From Seison nebaliae (taxonomy: Eukaryota), in contig JALJEE010001258.1 in NCBI GenBank assembly GCA_023231475.1, positions 62,001-126,000 on the forward strand: DNA of 64,000 nt, read 5' to 3'. A program made the position numbers and the translations under genes. The notes beneath the pieces are model-generated. The model saw nothing but the letters and a program-made list of their open reading frames with translations. It was not told where the DNA came from and did no database searches. Below are positions 29,564-41,163 of this stretch, one piece after another; within the stretch, counting starts at the first letter, position 1; every line of letters begins with the position of its first letter.

Positions 29564-32030
29564 ATGAGTCTCTCCCGTCAACTTGTTCCGTTGGCCAAAT
29601 GGAATTCCATTCGACGATTCCATGTTCTTTCGTCGTCTCTTATTATTTCACCATGTCGTCCAACGGAAAAATTCAAACGACAATTTCTCATTTATCCGAT
29701 GGTCGATCGATTATTGATAAATGATTATCGATGGATATCGATGGGTGGGAAGAAATTGGTGATTAATAAAGACGAATCCAAAGTGGAACAAAGTGTAAAA
29801 GTTTTGAAAGAGAAGAAGAAGAAACTTCCCATAATACCATCATCATTATCAGAAGATGGTTTTAAAGAAGAAGATAAATCGTTAACAAAAAAGAAGAAAA
29901 GTATTGGACGTCGAATTATTAAGGAAATTATTCATTATTATCATGGAACGAGATTATTATTTCTGGAAATTCGAATCGCTACCAGATCAATTTGGCATGT
30001 GTTAAATGGTCGAACGTTGACACGTCGAGAAAAGAAACAATTTACGAGAACAGTAGCTGATATTTTCCGTTTGGTGCCCGTCATCGTCATCGCACTTATT
30101 CCATTTATGGAATTTTTGATGCCAGTAATTATTCGACTTTTTCCTAACATGTTGCCCTCCACTTTCCAAGAGAAATCGAAAGAACAAGAAAAATTGCGAA
30201 AGAAACTTCAATTAAAATTAGAAATGGCGAAATTTCTTCAAGATACGATGGAAGAAACGGCGTTGACATATCGAACGAATGAAAATAAAATTCCAAATCG
30301 TCTCACTCTTCAAGAGAAGTTCTCTGAATTTATGAAACGTGTCCGCTCTAAAGGATCGATGATAACGAATGATGAGATTATTCAATTCTCCAAATTATTT
30401 GAAGATGAATTAACATTGGACAATTTATCACGTCAACAATTGTTGGCTTTATGTCGAATTGTAGAAATTCCAGCGATGGGAACTGATACAATTTTACGAT
30501 TTCAATTGAAATTAAAATTGAGAAATTTGAAAGTTGATGATCAATTAATAAAGAAAGAAGGATTAAATAATATGACAGTAAATGAAGTTCAACAAGCATG
30601 TCGTCAAAGAGGAATGAGATATCTCGGATTATCTGAAGATCGTCTTCGTCATCAATTGAGTGATTGGTTGGATTTGCATTTGAATCATGAAATTCCTATT
30701 TCTCTCTTATTATTATCGAGAATTCTTTATTTGAGTGAACATGTTCCAACTGATCAAGAATTTAATATGATTAAAGATACTCTTGTTCAATTACCAGAAC
30801 ATATTGAAACGGTAACTCAAATGAATATTGGAGAAGTGACGGGTCAGAAAGTGGATAATAAGACCAAATTGAAATTGTTAAAGAAAGAAGAAGCGGCGAT
30901 TAAAGAAGAGAAGAAAGTACAGAAGAAATTGGAAGAGATCGAACCAACTCTCATTGACAATGCGACGGAATTGAATCAAAAAGAAAAAATTCTGACGAGC
31001 GAAACCATCAAATCTCCTACGATTCCATCAACTCTCCAAACCGAACCAACACAACCTGAACATTTGGAGGAGAAAATGAAAATGGATTTGTTGGCGACAG
31101 AGAGAGAAGAACAACGAACGAAAGAGAAACAAATGGAGGAACCATCATTGATCCATGCGAAAGAGATAAAGGATTTGGACACTTTGATGGATTCGTTGTC
31201 GTTAGACGAACATTTGACAATTCAAAAAAATGAAATTAAAATGTTAAAAGAAGATCTCGATGATCATAAAAGAGAAGCGAAAGAACTTCTCAACATTCTC
31301 AGTGGACCAGACCAAATGTCAAAAGAGGAGGAACATAAAAAGATCATTTTGGCGGATCATCTCGTCGGATTGATGAGATATCAGGAGGAGAAGGAGAAGA
31401 GAGAGAAAGAGATGGAAGAAAAGAAGAAAGAGGAGAAGGAGATTGGATTCAAAGAAAATAAATCCGTCAAAATACTCGAGAAACAGATTAATCGTCTCGT
31501 CACCGATTTGGATTTGATGGTCGATCAATTATCGGAAAAGAAAGAACGTGTAAAAGTTTTTTTTTAATTTTTAAAAATTTTTAGAAATTTTTTTTAATTT
31601 TTTCTTTAAATTTTTAGAACCAACTTCATCATAATATTCCGTCATATGATCAATTATCGATTAATGATCAATCATCCGACGAGATCATTTCCATTGAAGA
31701 GGCGGCGAAACGTCTTCATGGAATGAAGGGATGTTCCATCTCTTTACAGAAAGCACAAGAATTATTGAAGAATTTGGACGACGACGCCGACGGACGAATT
31801 AACATGAACCACGTCTCATCCGTTTTAGCCACTTTGGCTCAAGTTAAATTTCAAATTTTTAATAAGAAATTTTTTAATTTTTTTCTTAGGAGAATGTTTC
31901 AGTTTCGGAGAGTTTGTTGAAAGACATTTTGAATTTGTTAAAGAAGGAACATCAGATCGAAGAGGAACAACGTCACTTCCAACAGATACAGAGACAATTA
32001 AAGAAAATTAATCGACACGAAATCGATTAG
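29564..32030 (+). CDS. LETM1: Mitochondrial inner-membrane LETM1 (K+/H+ or Ca2+/H+ exchanger), 3 exons
   Basis: Basic N-terminal presequence; HYYHGTRLL, RTVADIFRLVP, FMEFLMPV, FPNMLPSTF, FSKLFEDELTLDNL, ACRQRGMR; C-terminal EF-hand-like DDDADGRIN. Confidence 0.96.
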
Positions 32031-32284
32031 TCTCTTTTTAATATCGCTTCATTTCACCATCGTTTGGATCGACCGTTTCATTCAACTCAATCTATCCTTC
32101 ACAATCTTTGTTATATTAATTCTTATTATTATTTTCCCTTTTTTTTTTTATTATTCTAACCAATTTAGTAAATTATTCAACAATTAGAAATAAATTTTGA
32201 CGAAATGAAAAAAAACTTTCATTGATTCATGAAAAAAAAATTGTTATGACACTTTTTTTTTTCTCGTTTCCCAAATATGAAGAT

Positions 32285-32627
32285 TCGTGAAAAAGAAAAT
32301 TTTTAATAAATTTTTCCAAGAAAAGAAATTTGAGGAAAAATGAAAATTTTTAATAAATTTTTCCAAGAAAAGAAATTTGAGGAAAAATGAAAATTTTTAA
32401 TAAATTTTTCCAAGAAAAGAAATTTGTGGAAAAATGAAAATTTTTAATAAATTTTTCCAAGAAAAGAAATTTGAGGAAAAATGAAAATTTTTAATAAATT
32501 TATCTCAGAAAAGAAATTTGAGGAAAAAGGAAAATTTTTAATAAATTTATCTCAGAAAAGAAATTTGAGGAAAAAGAAAAATTTTTTTAAAATTTTTCAA
32601 AGAAAAGAAATTTGAGAAAAAAGGAAA
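32285..32627. repeat. Minisatellite, 47-bp unit, about 7 copies
   Basis: Unit aaaatttttaataaatttttccaagaaaagaaatttgaggaaaaatg; the tgagg-like anchor recurs at 32331, 32378, 32425, 32472, 32519, 32566, 32613. Confidence 0.95.
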
Positions 32628-32681
32628 TTATTGAGCAGAAATTGAGTCAATAAACATTTGGGGTGAGAAAGAAGAGACGAG

Positions 32682-32689
32682 TATAAAAG
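32682..32689 (+). promoter_or_regulatory. Candidate TATA box of the acidic secreted protein gene
   Basis: TATAAAAG about 165 bp upstream of the ATG at 32848; motif match only, in AT-rich DNA. Confidence 0.35.
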
Positions 32690-32847
32690 TTGTTGTACAT
32701 CTGCTTTTTATATAGCCATTAAAGATCTCGTTAAAAAGAAATTGGAAGGAAAGATTGCTCATTTAAATTCGATAATAAATTCGATTTCTTTATCTATCTC
32801 TCAAATTTCATTTAGAAGGAAACTTGTTTTTGTTAGTTGAGAAGGAA

Positions 32848-33645
32848 ATGTTACGAGATCTAATCATCACTTGTCTCCTCTGTCTTCGTTAGTTTAATTT
32901 TTGACTTTGGGTCTGACAGATCAATTTCCTTCCTGATAGTTTATGGGAATTTCTCCACCTCCAAAATCATTCAAGAAGTTAATTAAATTTCTTTCTTTCT
33001 TCCAATTTTATCATCATCATCATCATCATCATCATGATCATGATAGACGAGTGCATCCGTCAACAATGCCACGGAAATGACGAGACGAAACGAATTGAAT
33101 AATTTAGAGAAAAAAAGTTTGAAAAATTTTTTCGAATTTTTCTCAACTGAAATTTGAAAAAAGTTGTTGTCGTTGACGATTTAGATGTGGATGATCTTCA
33201 TAATCCTGAAGAAGAGGAAGAGTTGAAGGAGAGCGTAGAAATCATCAATATGGATAGTCCACCAGCTGAGGACGATGTGGGATTGGAAACGTTCGTGGCG
33301 GAGGATGTACCCGAAACGACCACATTCCGGTCAGATTCGGACTTGGAAGAGGAAGTGGAAGAAATTAACTATGACGTACCGGGAGTGAAAGGAGACTTGA
33401 CGAAAATGGACGAATCTGAAATAAAAGTCTCACCAGATGATGGAATGACAGAACAATTCTCACAAGGTATGGAGAATTGGCAGGAGGAGACGATGTTACC
33501 ACCGGGAGCGAAAGATTCGACGGAATTTCCCATTTCCTCATCGACATCGTCGTCATTGTCACCGGAAGGAGCAGTGACTAATGGGGAAGTGATGAATGGA
33601 AATGACATCGAAGAATATGATGATCAATTATGGTCATCGAAATAA
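32848..33645 (+). CDS. Predicted secreted, highly acidic (Asp/Glu-rich) protein of unknown function, 4 exons
   Basis: Signal-like MLRDLIITCLLCL; three short GTT..AG introns join in frame to the D/E-rich ORF ending at 33645. Confidence 0.65.
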
Positions 33646-33848
33646 TTTGATGATAATTAATAAATATATTTATTATTTCTAAATAAATTTAAATTAAATT
33701 AATTTTAAATTGAATTTTTTAATAATTTCTCATCGAATGCAACGATATTTGATGGGAATCGAATTTGATGACTTCTTAAAATCTTCTTCGAATCATCTAA
33801 TGAATAAAAATTGTAAATAAAAATAAATAAATATAAATAAATAAATGA

Positions 33849-35216
33849 TTAAATTAAACCTTCAAAATGTTTATAATCATCTACCAGCACACACGTTTTA
33901 AGATCGTTATCGAATACTAAATTCTTCGCACATGACATTATCGATGCGGTACCGTCGGCACGACACGTAATGAACAATGTGCTGTTAGTTGGATGTGAGT
34001 ACATAAATTTACCGCTTTGGAAATCGGCTTTCCGACACGGATTCTTCATCTTCTTTATCTCATCACAATTGAGATGAAGGAAAGAATTGTGACAAAGACA
34101 ATTGTAACCGAAAACGGTGGAAATACATCGAGATGATTCGGCACATTTATTCGGTTGACAATGATCATCACGACGGTGACAGAGTTCGCCCGAATATCCA
34201 CTCTTACATTTACAATGTGCACTATTGTCCTTCTGATCGACGTGACAAAATTGATTCATGTTACATCTCAAATCTTCACACGTCAAATCGACGAGTGGAA
34301 AGTCCGTTTGACACGTCTGACTATACGAGTGCCAAAAGAGCCCCGAATGACACGATTTCACAATTGTGCGCCCACCATTCGCACATTGATAATAGAATTG
34401 CCGATTATCTCGAATGGGATAATAAAGAATTGTCAACTTGTCATATTTCGAACATTTCGACGGAAACATATTTCTCGAATCGACTCCCAAATATTCCATG
34501 TCGTTCACAGTACGTTGACAAACGTAACCGTTGATCAAGTCGACACATTTGTCCTTCTTGTCACACCCGACGCCCATTTGACAATCGTCCATGTTCACCG
34601 AACAATCGAGACCGGTGAAGCCGGTCCGACAGAGACACATGTACTCCACCGCATTCACCTCCACACACTTTCCGTCGTTCATGCATTTATTCTGGTTACA
34701 GGGACTGGGTGGACGTTTAAATCCGAAAACACATTCCAATTTCATCTCATCAAATTCCGTATTGGCTGGACATGTCTGGACGTAATACAGATGATTATAA
34801 CCACATTGAACGAACAAAGATTTGTTGGTGGGATGTGGAAAACGGTCATTGACTTTACCATAATCACACGGATTAACTTGGTGAGAAATTGAAAAATTTT
34901 AAAAAAAGAATAAAAAAATTCAAAATTCACTTATAAAATCATCATCATCATCATCATCAAATGGTTTGTTTTGAGTTGTTTCTTTCCGTTTTTTGACCGA
35001 TGTCTCCTTCGAATCTAAATGGGGCGAATAGGAATTCTTGTTGAAAACGGTATCAACGTACAATGCGTGAAACTTATTCAACGACGAGATAACCGGTACC
35101 TGATTGAGAGGTTTGGGCACCTTCCAATATTTGGGAAGACGGGAACTCGATCCATCAGTCAAGAGAAGGAGGAGAAGTAGAAGAAGTCGAATAAATAGAA
35201 GATATGTAGGCAACAT
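33849..35216 (-). CDS. Secreted chitin-binding (CBM14-like) plus EGF-repeat protein: CBM-EGF-EGF-CBM-EGF-EGF-CBM. Intron 34877-34930
   Basis: Signal peptide MLPTYLLFIRLLLLLLLL; three PC...HP(TN)..F.QC...SC...L.FD....CV modules; EGF repeats such as CMNDGKC...YMCLCRTGFTGLDC. Confidence 0.85.
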
Positions 35217-35529
35217 ATTTAGCAAACACGAAATTTATTTGTACGTTCTCATTTCATAAAACTTTTCCTCGAATGGACATTTGCTGATGTATGAAAAATT
35301 TTATTTGGATGATTGACAATTAAAAGAAAAACTTTTAAATATTATTATTTATTTAATATACCCGTCCGGATAAATGAGAAAAAAGGGAAAAAATATTTTT
35401 GTCGTCCTCGATGTCCAATGAGTATAGTAGATGTCGAATCGTATGAGAACTGTTTGAAAAATGATGTAAATTTGAAAGGTGGATAAAAGGTACAAGTTCC
35501 ACACTCAATCACACAAAACATCCAAATGT

Positions 35530-37428
35530 TCATTGACAATTAAATTTGGGAAGAATGAACGGATCATCATCAACGGAAATGGTTAAAGTCATTCCATCTT
35601 CCAAATTCAAACAATTTTCAATCTCATTGTTCATCGGAATAATCTCATCATTCTTTTCGATAGCTAACCATAAATAATTGTCCTGACGATATTCGTTAAC
35701 TGTCGTTCTCTCCTTCTCCAATTTTATGTTCATGATCCGTCGCAACGATCGTCTACGAGCGACCACTTTTGTCCACATTTCGTCTTTCACTGTCAACTCC
35801 AAATTTTTATTCGTCGAATTATTCGAAATTTTTGGAAATGAAAACATTCTTTTTAAACTATTACACCGTTTGATGGGCGAATTGATGGTTTCGTATCCGA
35901 ATAATTTATTGAGTTTTAAATGAAAATCATCAATTGATGAATGATCTGATGGATTTGCTGATCTTTTCAAAACGAACAATTTCTTCAACTCATTCAATTC
36001 ACGTTGACGATGAGAGAAGAAATTATAAAGATATTGTAATAACAAAATAGATGACGAATTGTTGATTGGTTGTTGTAACAAGACGGAATTAGTGGCACGA
36101 TTCCTGAAAATGACTGATCGGTAACAGGATTGTGTATCGATCAATTCCAGTCGTTCCTGTACTGCCTCATGATGACGATTGTTGAGATAAGTGAAAGAGA
36201 ATTTAGAGAGTTGTGATTTGAGATTTTTTTCGTTTACAACTTGAAACGACGACACATTCGACAACAACGAATTTTCGAATTTCTTATTTATTTTTAATAA
36301 TTTCATCAATTCGTTAAGAGACGCGTAAACATTGGGAGGAATATTGGGATACATCGTCTTCGTCAATTTGTTCGATAACGAATGAAATGACACGAATAAT
36401 TTCACCACTAAATAATGTCCATAAATTACAAGACATAAATAATGTTGTTGTTTGAAAGAATCGTGAAGATATTTCCCGATTTGATATCGTCGATATTCAT
36501 CATCAATTATCGATGATGATGATGGATTTTCAAGTATGACCAATTCCATCAATTCATCGATGGATAAATGATAATTCAAATTTATTCGTCTCCAACAATA
36601 TTCGTCGACGGATAAACCGACAATCGAATAATCGAAGAAACCATCAAATTGTAAGAAATTATGGAGAGAATTCATCAGATTTTTTTTCGTATTACAATCG
36701 TAGAATAATAATTGATTACGATGGAAGACGAGTGACGTATGTGTCAGAACCATTTCGTGACATCGAACCGTTTTTGTGGAATTTGAAGAGATACAATAAT
36801 TGATGATAGTTCTATTGAATGTTCGATAATTGTCAATGAGTAATTCTCTCAACGGATTAATGATCTCTTTCGATAATCGATCGGATTGTTGATTGAGAAA
36901 ATAAGTTTGCGATAATTCATTCTCCAACCGAATCAGATTAACATAATAAGACAAATTGAGATTTTTCGACGAATAAATTTTCAAAAAATTCTCACAAATC
37001 ATTCGAATATTCTCGTCATTCTCATGTAAATCTTCGATATTCGTCACGTCGATAATTCTTAACAATTCTTTCAATAAATTCCCAATCCAACAACTGCTCC
37101 ATTTGACGAATAATTTATCGTTGGATAAACAAACGATATGATAAATTTTATGACGACAAATCATTTCCACCCATTTCTCCTTTCGCCTAATTTCATCAAA
37201 TTATTATCATTCAATTAAAGAATAATAACCATAAATAGAAATCATTTTGTTGAGAGTTGTCGGAGAAGATGGATGATAATTCATCGAATTTCCCCACGAC
37301 ATCCTCGTCATTCTTAAACAAGATTTTATGTTGCCCATTCTCAAACTTAATTTAATGATATTAATGAGATATTAATCGTGAAAAAGTTACTAATTACTAA
37401 CATGAAAAATGACCAGATTAGTCGTCAT
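35530..37428 (-). CDS. Uncharacterised protein of about 600 aa, possibly with a divergent FERM-like N-terminus. Exons 37428-37402, 37345-37230, 37186-35530
   Basis: 546-codon ORF extended in frame by two GTT..AG introns to MTTNLVIFHFENGQHKILF; the domain call rests on weak motif resemblance only. Confidence 0.7.
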
Positions 37429-37457
37429 TGTAAAATAGTTTTAGAAATAAAAGAACG

Positions 37458-37471
37458 GTTACCATGACAAC
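37458..37471. promoter_or_regulatory. Candidate X-box (RFX binding site)
   Basis: GTTACCATGACAAC matches the GTHNYY-AT-RRNAAC consensus, 30 bp upstream of the ATG at 37428. Confidence 0.5.
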
Positions 37472-37600
37472 AAATAAGTTAAGCTAAGAATTTTTTAAAT
37501 GAAAATTGAAATGATTTGACGCTCAAAGAAAATTTTATTTGTTGTGGAAATAGAAAGTGGGAGAGAAGTTGAAATAATAACTGGACAAGTGGGAAACATG

Positions 37601-39106
37601 TCAACAATTGGGACATTTAAAAATGGAATTGACACAATAAATATGAGCACATTCGATGCAGAATGCTCCGTCACATTTCTTACATCTCCGTTCGATATAA
37701 TCTGTTCGATCGTTACAACCGAGACATATCTCCATTTGTTGTCCATATTCGATTCGTTCACCCAATCTCTCGCCGAGAATTGAACAATTAAATAATTTCG
37801 ATGCATGTTTCATGAGGTAGGGAGCGAAGAGAAGAGTTGAAGCACAAACTCGACATTCGATCGGTACTGAACAATATTTGGCGGAGCATCTAGAGCAGAA
37901 ATATCTCGGTCTCAAATCCAAGTGATTAGTTGGTTGAGGTAATTTCGCCCGTTTCTTCCCATCAATTTCCTCCTTCTCTTTCACTTTTTCAACTTTTTTC
38001 TTTTTTTTATTCTCTTCCAATTTCTTCTTTTTCTTCAATCGATAAGCTTGTAACGAATTGTATTGGATGATTTTCGTGTTGCTCCGTTTCTCCACGTCAT
38101 CATCGCCCATCATTAGCACGTTGGTGATATTGGCAAGATCGTCGACGGACTCGATTTTCGAATCCGTCAAATATTGTGAGGTGACGGCCGACGCTGACAT
38201 GAGATGACAATAACAAAGTGTGGCGACTTTTTTTTTTGAATTTTTCTTTTTCATTCTCTTCATTCGAGCGGATGGAAACGCCACTTTCATCATATAAGTC
38301 ATCGTTTTGTTTATGGTTTTTACGGGGAGATTTGACGGTTTTTTTGGTGAGTCGCCAACGGATGTGACGAAATATTCGTCGAGAATATTCATCATATCCG
38401 TTTCGTCAACCGCCACGAAATATTTTCCTTTCGTCAATTTGGCCATTTGTTGAAAGACGAACACTTCGCCCACTAACGATATGACTGAACATTGAGTGTT
38501 CATCGTGTTCAATTTTGTTATTCGTTCATAAACATTTTGTGAGTCATTCGTATTGAGACTACTGGTGAGAATTATGGCGGATCTGGCGGCTTCCATTGGA
38601 ACCGTTTTCAACGTTCCCACCACCAGATCAAGACACGCATGTAACGAAAATGTGCCTTGACAAATATATCCGTCACTATTCTTCTCCCGATTACAGAAAT
38701 TGGTAAAAGCGTCACAACATTGTTTGGGTGTCGCTCCAAATTTAACGATTCTTTCCGCTTCCTCATTCCGACCGATAATGATACCGATATGACTCAACGG
38801 ATTCTCATCGAAGAATTGACGGACGAATCGAACGACTTGTCGTCGAATGACATGGAAACGTGTCGGCCAAATATCCGTATCATTCTCACATTCACTCGCA
38901 TCGACAACAATTACGAGATGACGCATCAAATTCTTTCTGGATGTTTTTGATTTAAATTTCATTCTCGCTCGTTCATTCTCCAATCGATTCGATTCAGTCA
39001 ACAATTCGAAATTTCGAATATATTCGTCCAGACATCCTTTCTCATCCTCCTGTATCTGGTTCCAGGAATATCGATATTCCTCTTCCCACGAATACAATTC
39101 AGGCAT
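37601..39106 (-). CDS. GTF2H2: TFIIH subunit p44/Ssl1, intronless
   Basis: YSWEEEYRYSW, MRHLVIVVDAS, FFDENPLSHIGII (vWA); YFCSRCSAKYCSVPIECRVC; C-terminal C1/RING-like finger ending CPNC. Confidence 0.96.
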   Translation of the reverse strand: MPELYSWEEEYRYSWNQIQEDEKGCLDEYIRNFELLTESNRLENERARMKFKSKTSRKNLMRHLVIVVDASECENDTDIWPTRFHVIRRQVVRFVRQFFDENPLSHIGIIIGRNEEAERIVKFGATPKQCCDAFTNFCNREKNSDGYICQGTFSLHACLDLVVGTLKTVPMEAARSAIILTSSLNTNDSQNVYERITKLNTMNTQCSVISLVGEVFVFQQMAKLTKGKYFVAVDETDMMNILDEYFVTSVGDSPKKPSNLPVKTINKTMTYMMKVAFPSARMKRMKKKNSKKKVATLCYCHLMSASAVTSQYLTDSKIESVDDLANITNVLMMGDDDVEKRSNTKIIQYNSLQAYRLKKKKKLEENKKKKKVEKVKEKEEIDGKKRAKLPQPTNHLDLRPRYFCSRCSAKYCSVPIECRVCASTLLFAPYLMKHASKLFNCSILGERLGERIEYGQQMEICLGCNDRTDYIERRCKKCDGAFCIECAHIYCVNSIFKCPNC

Positions 39107-39614
39107 GATTCATTCAAATGCTCACTGTCTCATTCTTCTCTCAATTCGTTTCTCCCTTCAATCAATTCTGATGATGTCTTCAGAAAATATTTATGTGTTT
39201 TCCAATTCAAGATATTATTTGACATATATTCACATTCCTCTTAAAATCTCTTCATAAGAAGAGCTGTTTATTTAAATTCATTCATCACTCTACAACACTC
39301 CAATTTATAAATAATCTCTTATTTTCCCTTTTTGTTCGTTTTGCAGATTGTTCGGTCTAGACTTTTCACTTTTATCGCCACATGTCCACCAACACCAACA
39401 CTTGTAATTATAAAAATTTATTGGAATTTATTAAATTTATTTATGGGAGTTTAAAAATTAAAAATAATATGGAAAGGAAAATTATCATTCATAGTATCAT
39501 TTAAAGGTAGCTCAACTACGTCCTCTGATATATCATCCATCGTTCTTCAAAACCATCAATCTGACATATATATATTTATATATATATCATCTGACACCTT
39601 CAACGTCGAATTTT

Positions 39615-40310
39615 TCGAGTTTTGTAGCTAGATATTGAATTTAGGTTGTTATGTAAGAATTGTTGAACTTTCGGTAGTTTTGTAGAAATTGTTGAACTTT
39701 CGGTAGTTTTGTAGAAATTGTTGAACTTTCGGTAGTTTTGTAGAAATTGTTGAAATTTAGGTAGTTTTGTAGAAATTGTTGAAATTTAGATAGTTTTGTA
39801 GAAATTGTTGAAATTTAGATAGTTTTGTAGAAATTGTTGAAATTTCGGTAGTTTTGAAGGAATTGTTGAAATTTCGGTAGTTTTGTAGAAATTGTTGAAA
39901 TTTCGGTAGTTTTGTAGAAATTGTTGAAATTTCGGTAGTTTTGTAGAAATTGTTGAAATTTAGGTAGTTTTGTAGAAATTGTTGAAATTTAGGTAGTTTT
40001 TTAGGAATTGTTGAAATTTCGGTAGTTTTTTAGGAATTGTTGAACTTTCGGTAGTTTTGTAGAAATTGTTGAAATTTAGGTAGTTTTGTAGAAATTGTTG
40101 AAATTTAGGTAGTTTTGTAGAAATTGTTGAAATTTAGATAGTTTTGTAGAAATTGTTGAAATTTAGGTAGTTTTGTAGAAATCGTTGAAATTTCGGTAAT
40201 TTTGTAGCAATTGTTGAACTTTCGTAGTTTTGTAGGAATTGTTGAACTTTCGTAGTTTTGTAGGAATTGTTGAATGATTGACTGTTTTGTAGTAATTGTT
40301 GAATTTTCCC
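39615..40310. repeat. Minisatellite, 29-bp unit, about 23 copies
   Basis: Head-to-tail unit gtagttttgtagaaattgttgaaatttcg with variants (ctttcg, atttag, atttcg); degenerate at both ends; no spacers. Confidence 0.96.
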
Positions 40311-40578
40311 AGGTTAGTTGTTCCGCAACGGATAATGAATTATTATTTTTTTCGAAAAATAATTCCCTTCATTATCCGTTGGAACAATTTTCTTTTTTTG
40401 GACAGTTCCAACTGTCATTTATTCCAACATTTTTATTATCGTTTTTTTTGGCGCCATACGAACCGTCGAGTACTTTTTGAGAATGACATAAAAAACCAGT
40501 TGGCAGCATTCTCTTTAAGGTGTTTGTTTCGATTGAAATGCTGCCACTGGCTTCAGCATTCCCCAACGGCCGCCCCGC

Positions 40579-40927
40579 CATTCCACTTTGAAGACATTGG
40601 AAAGTCATTTTATTCTCAACCGATTCGATTTCCTAATGTCCAACTTTCCCCCAAAACTCAACTCACCTCTCTCTCACAGACTTAGCAGAAGTTAGTGGTT
40701 TCCTTTCCATCGATCAAGGATGCATTTTCCTTTCGAATGATAGCAAAGCTACCTAGGACTTACAAAACCACTAACTTCTACCGTACTGGCGGAAAAAAGA
40801 CTCATCTTCATTCCATTCAAGAAGAAGTTGGGGGAGAGGAGAGATGAGTTTTGAGGAAAAGTGGGAATTAGAAAAATCGAATCGATCTCGAACAAATGAA
40901 CAATCTAAATGAATTCAAAATGGAATG
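40579..40927. mobile_element. Degenerate fold-back / inverted-repeat element (MITE-like remnant)
   Basis: Nested inverted matches: agaagttagtggttt (40687-40701) with aaaccactaacttct (40765-40779); cgattcgatttcctaat (40621) with attagaaaaatcgaatcg (40867-40884); cattccactttga (40579) with tcaaaatggaatg (40915-40927). Confidence 0.6.
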
Positions 40928-41163
40928 ACTTCTTCTTTCTCACTTCCTACATTTATACAAGAATCCATTCCATTACTCTTGACGTAGCAGCTTAATGAAA
41001 CGTCATCACTACGATCGTTACCGTTGACGATGTGGAAACGTGAAAAAAAAATGTAAATAGAAAAATTATTTGAAAATTTTCAAATTTTAAGCTTCAAATT
41101 TTCGTGTGTTTCAAAATATTTAAATTTCCGTTACATTCTCTCGAAATTTAAATTTCATCAATA

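Noticed and set aside
34133..34892. 245-aa and 133-aa + strand ORFs
   Set aside because: Antisense shadows of the Cys-rich CBM/EGF gene
39615..40310. 29-bp repeats as a CRISPR array
   Set aside because: Units are head-to-tail with no unique spacers; eukaryotic context; no cas genes
40274..40685. ORFs of 68-129 aa next to the minisatellite
   Set aside because: No recognisable domain; overlap repeat and fold-back sequence
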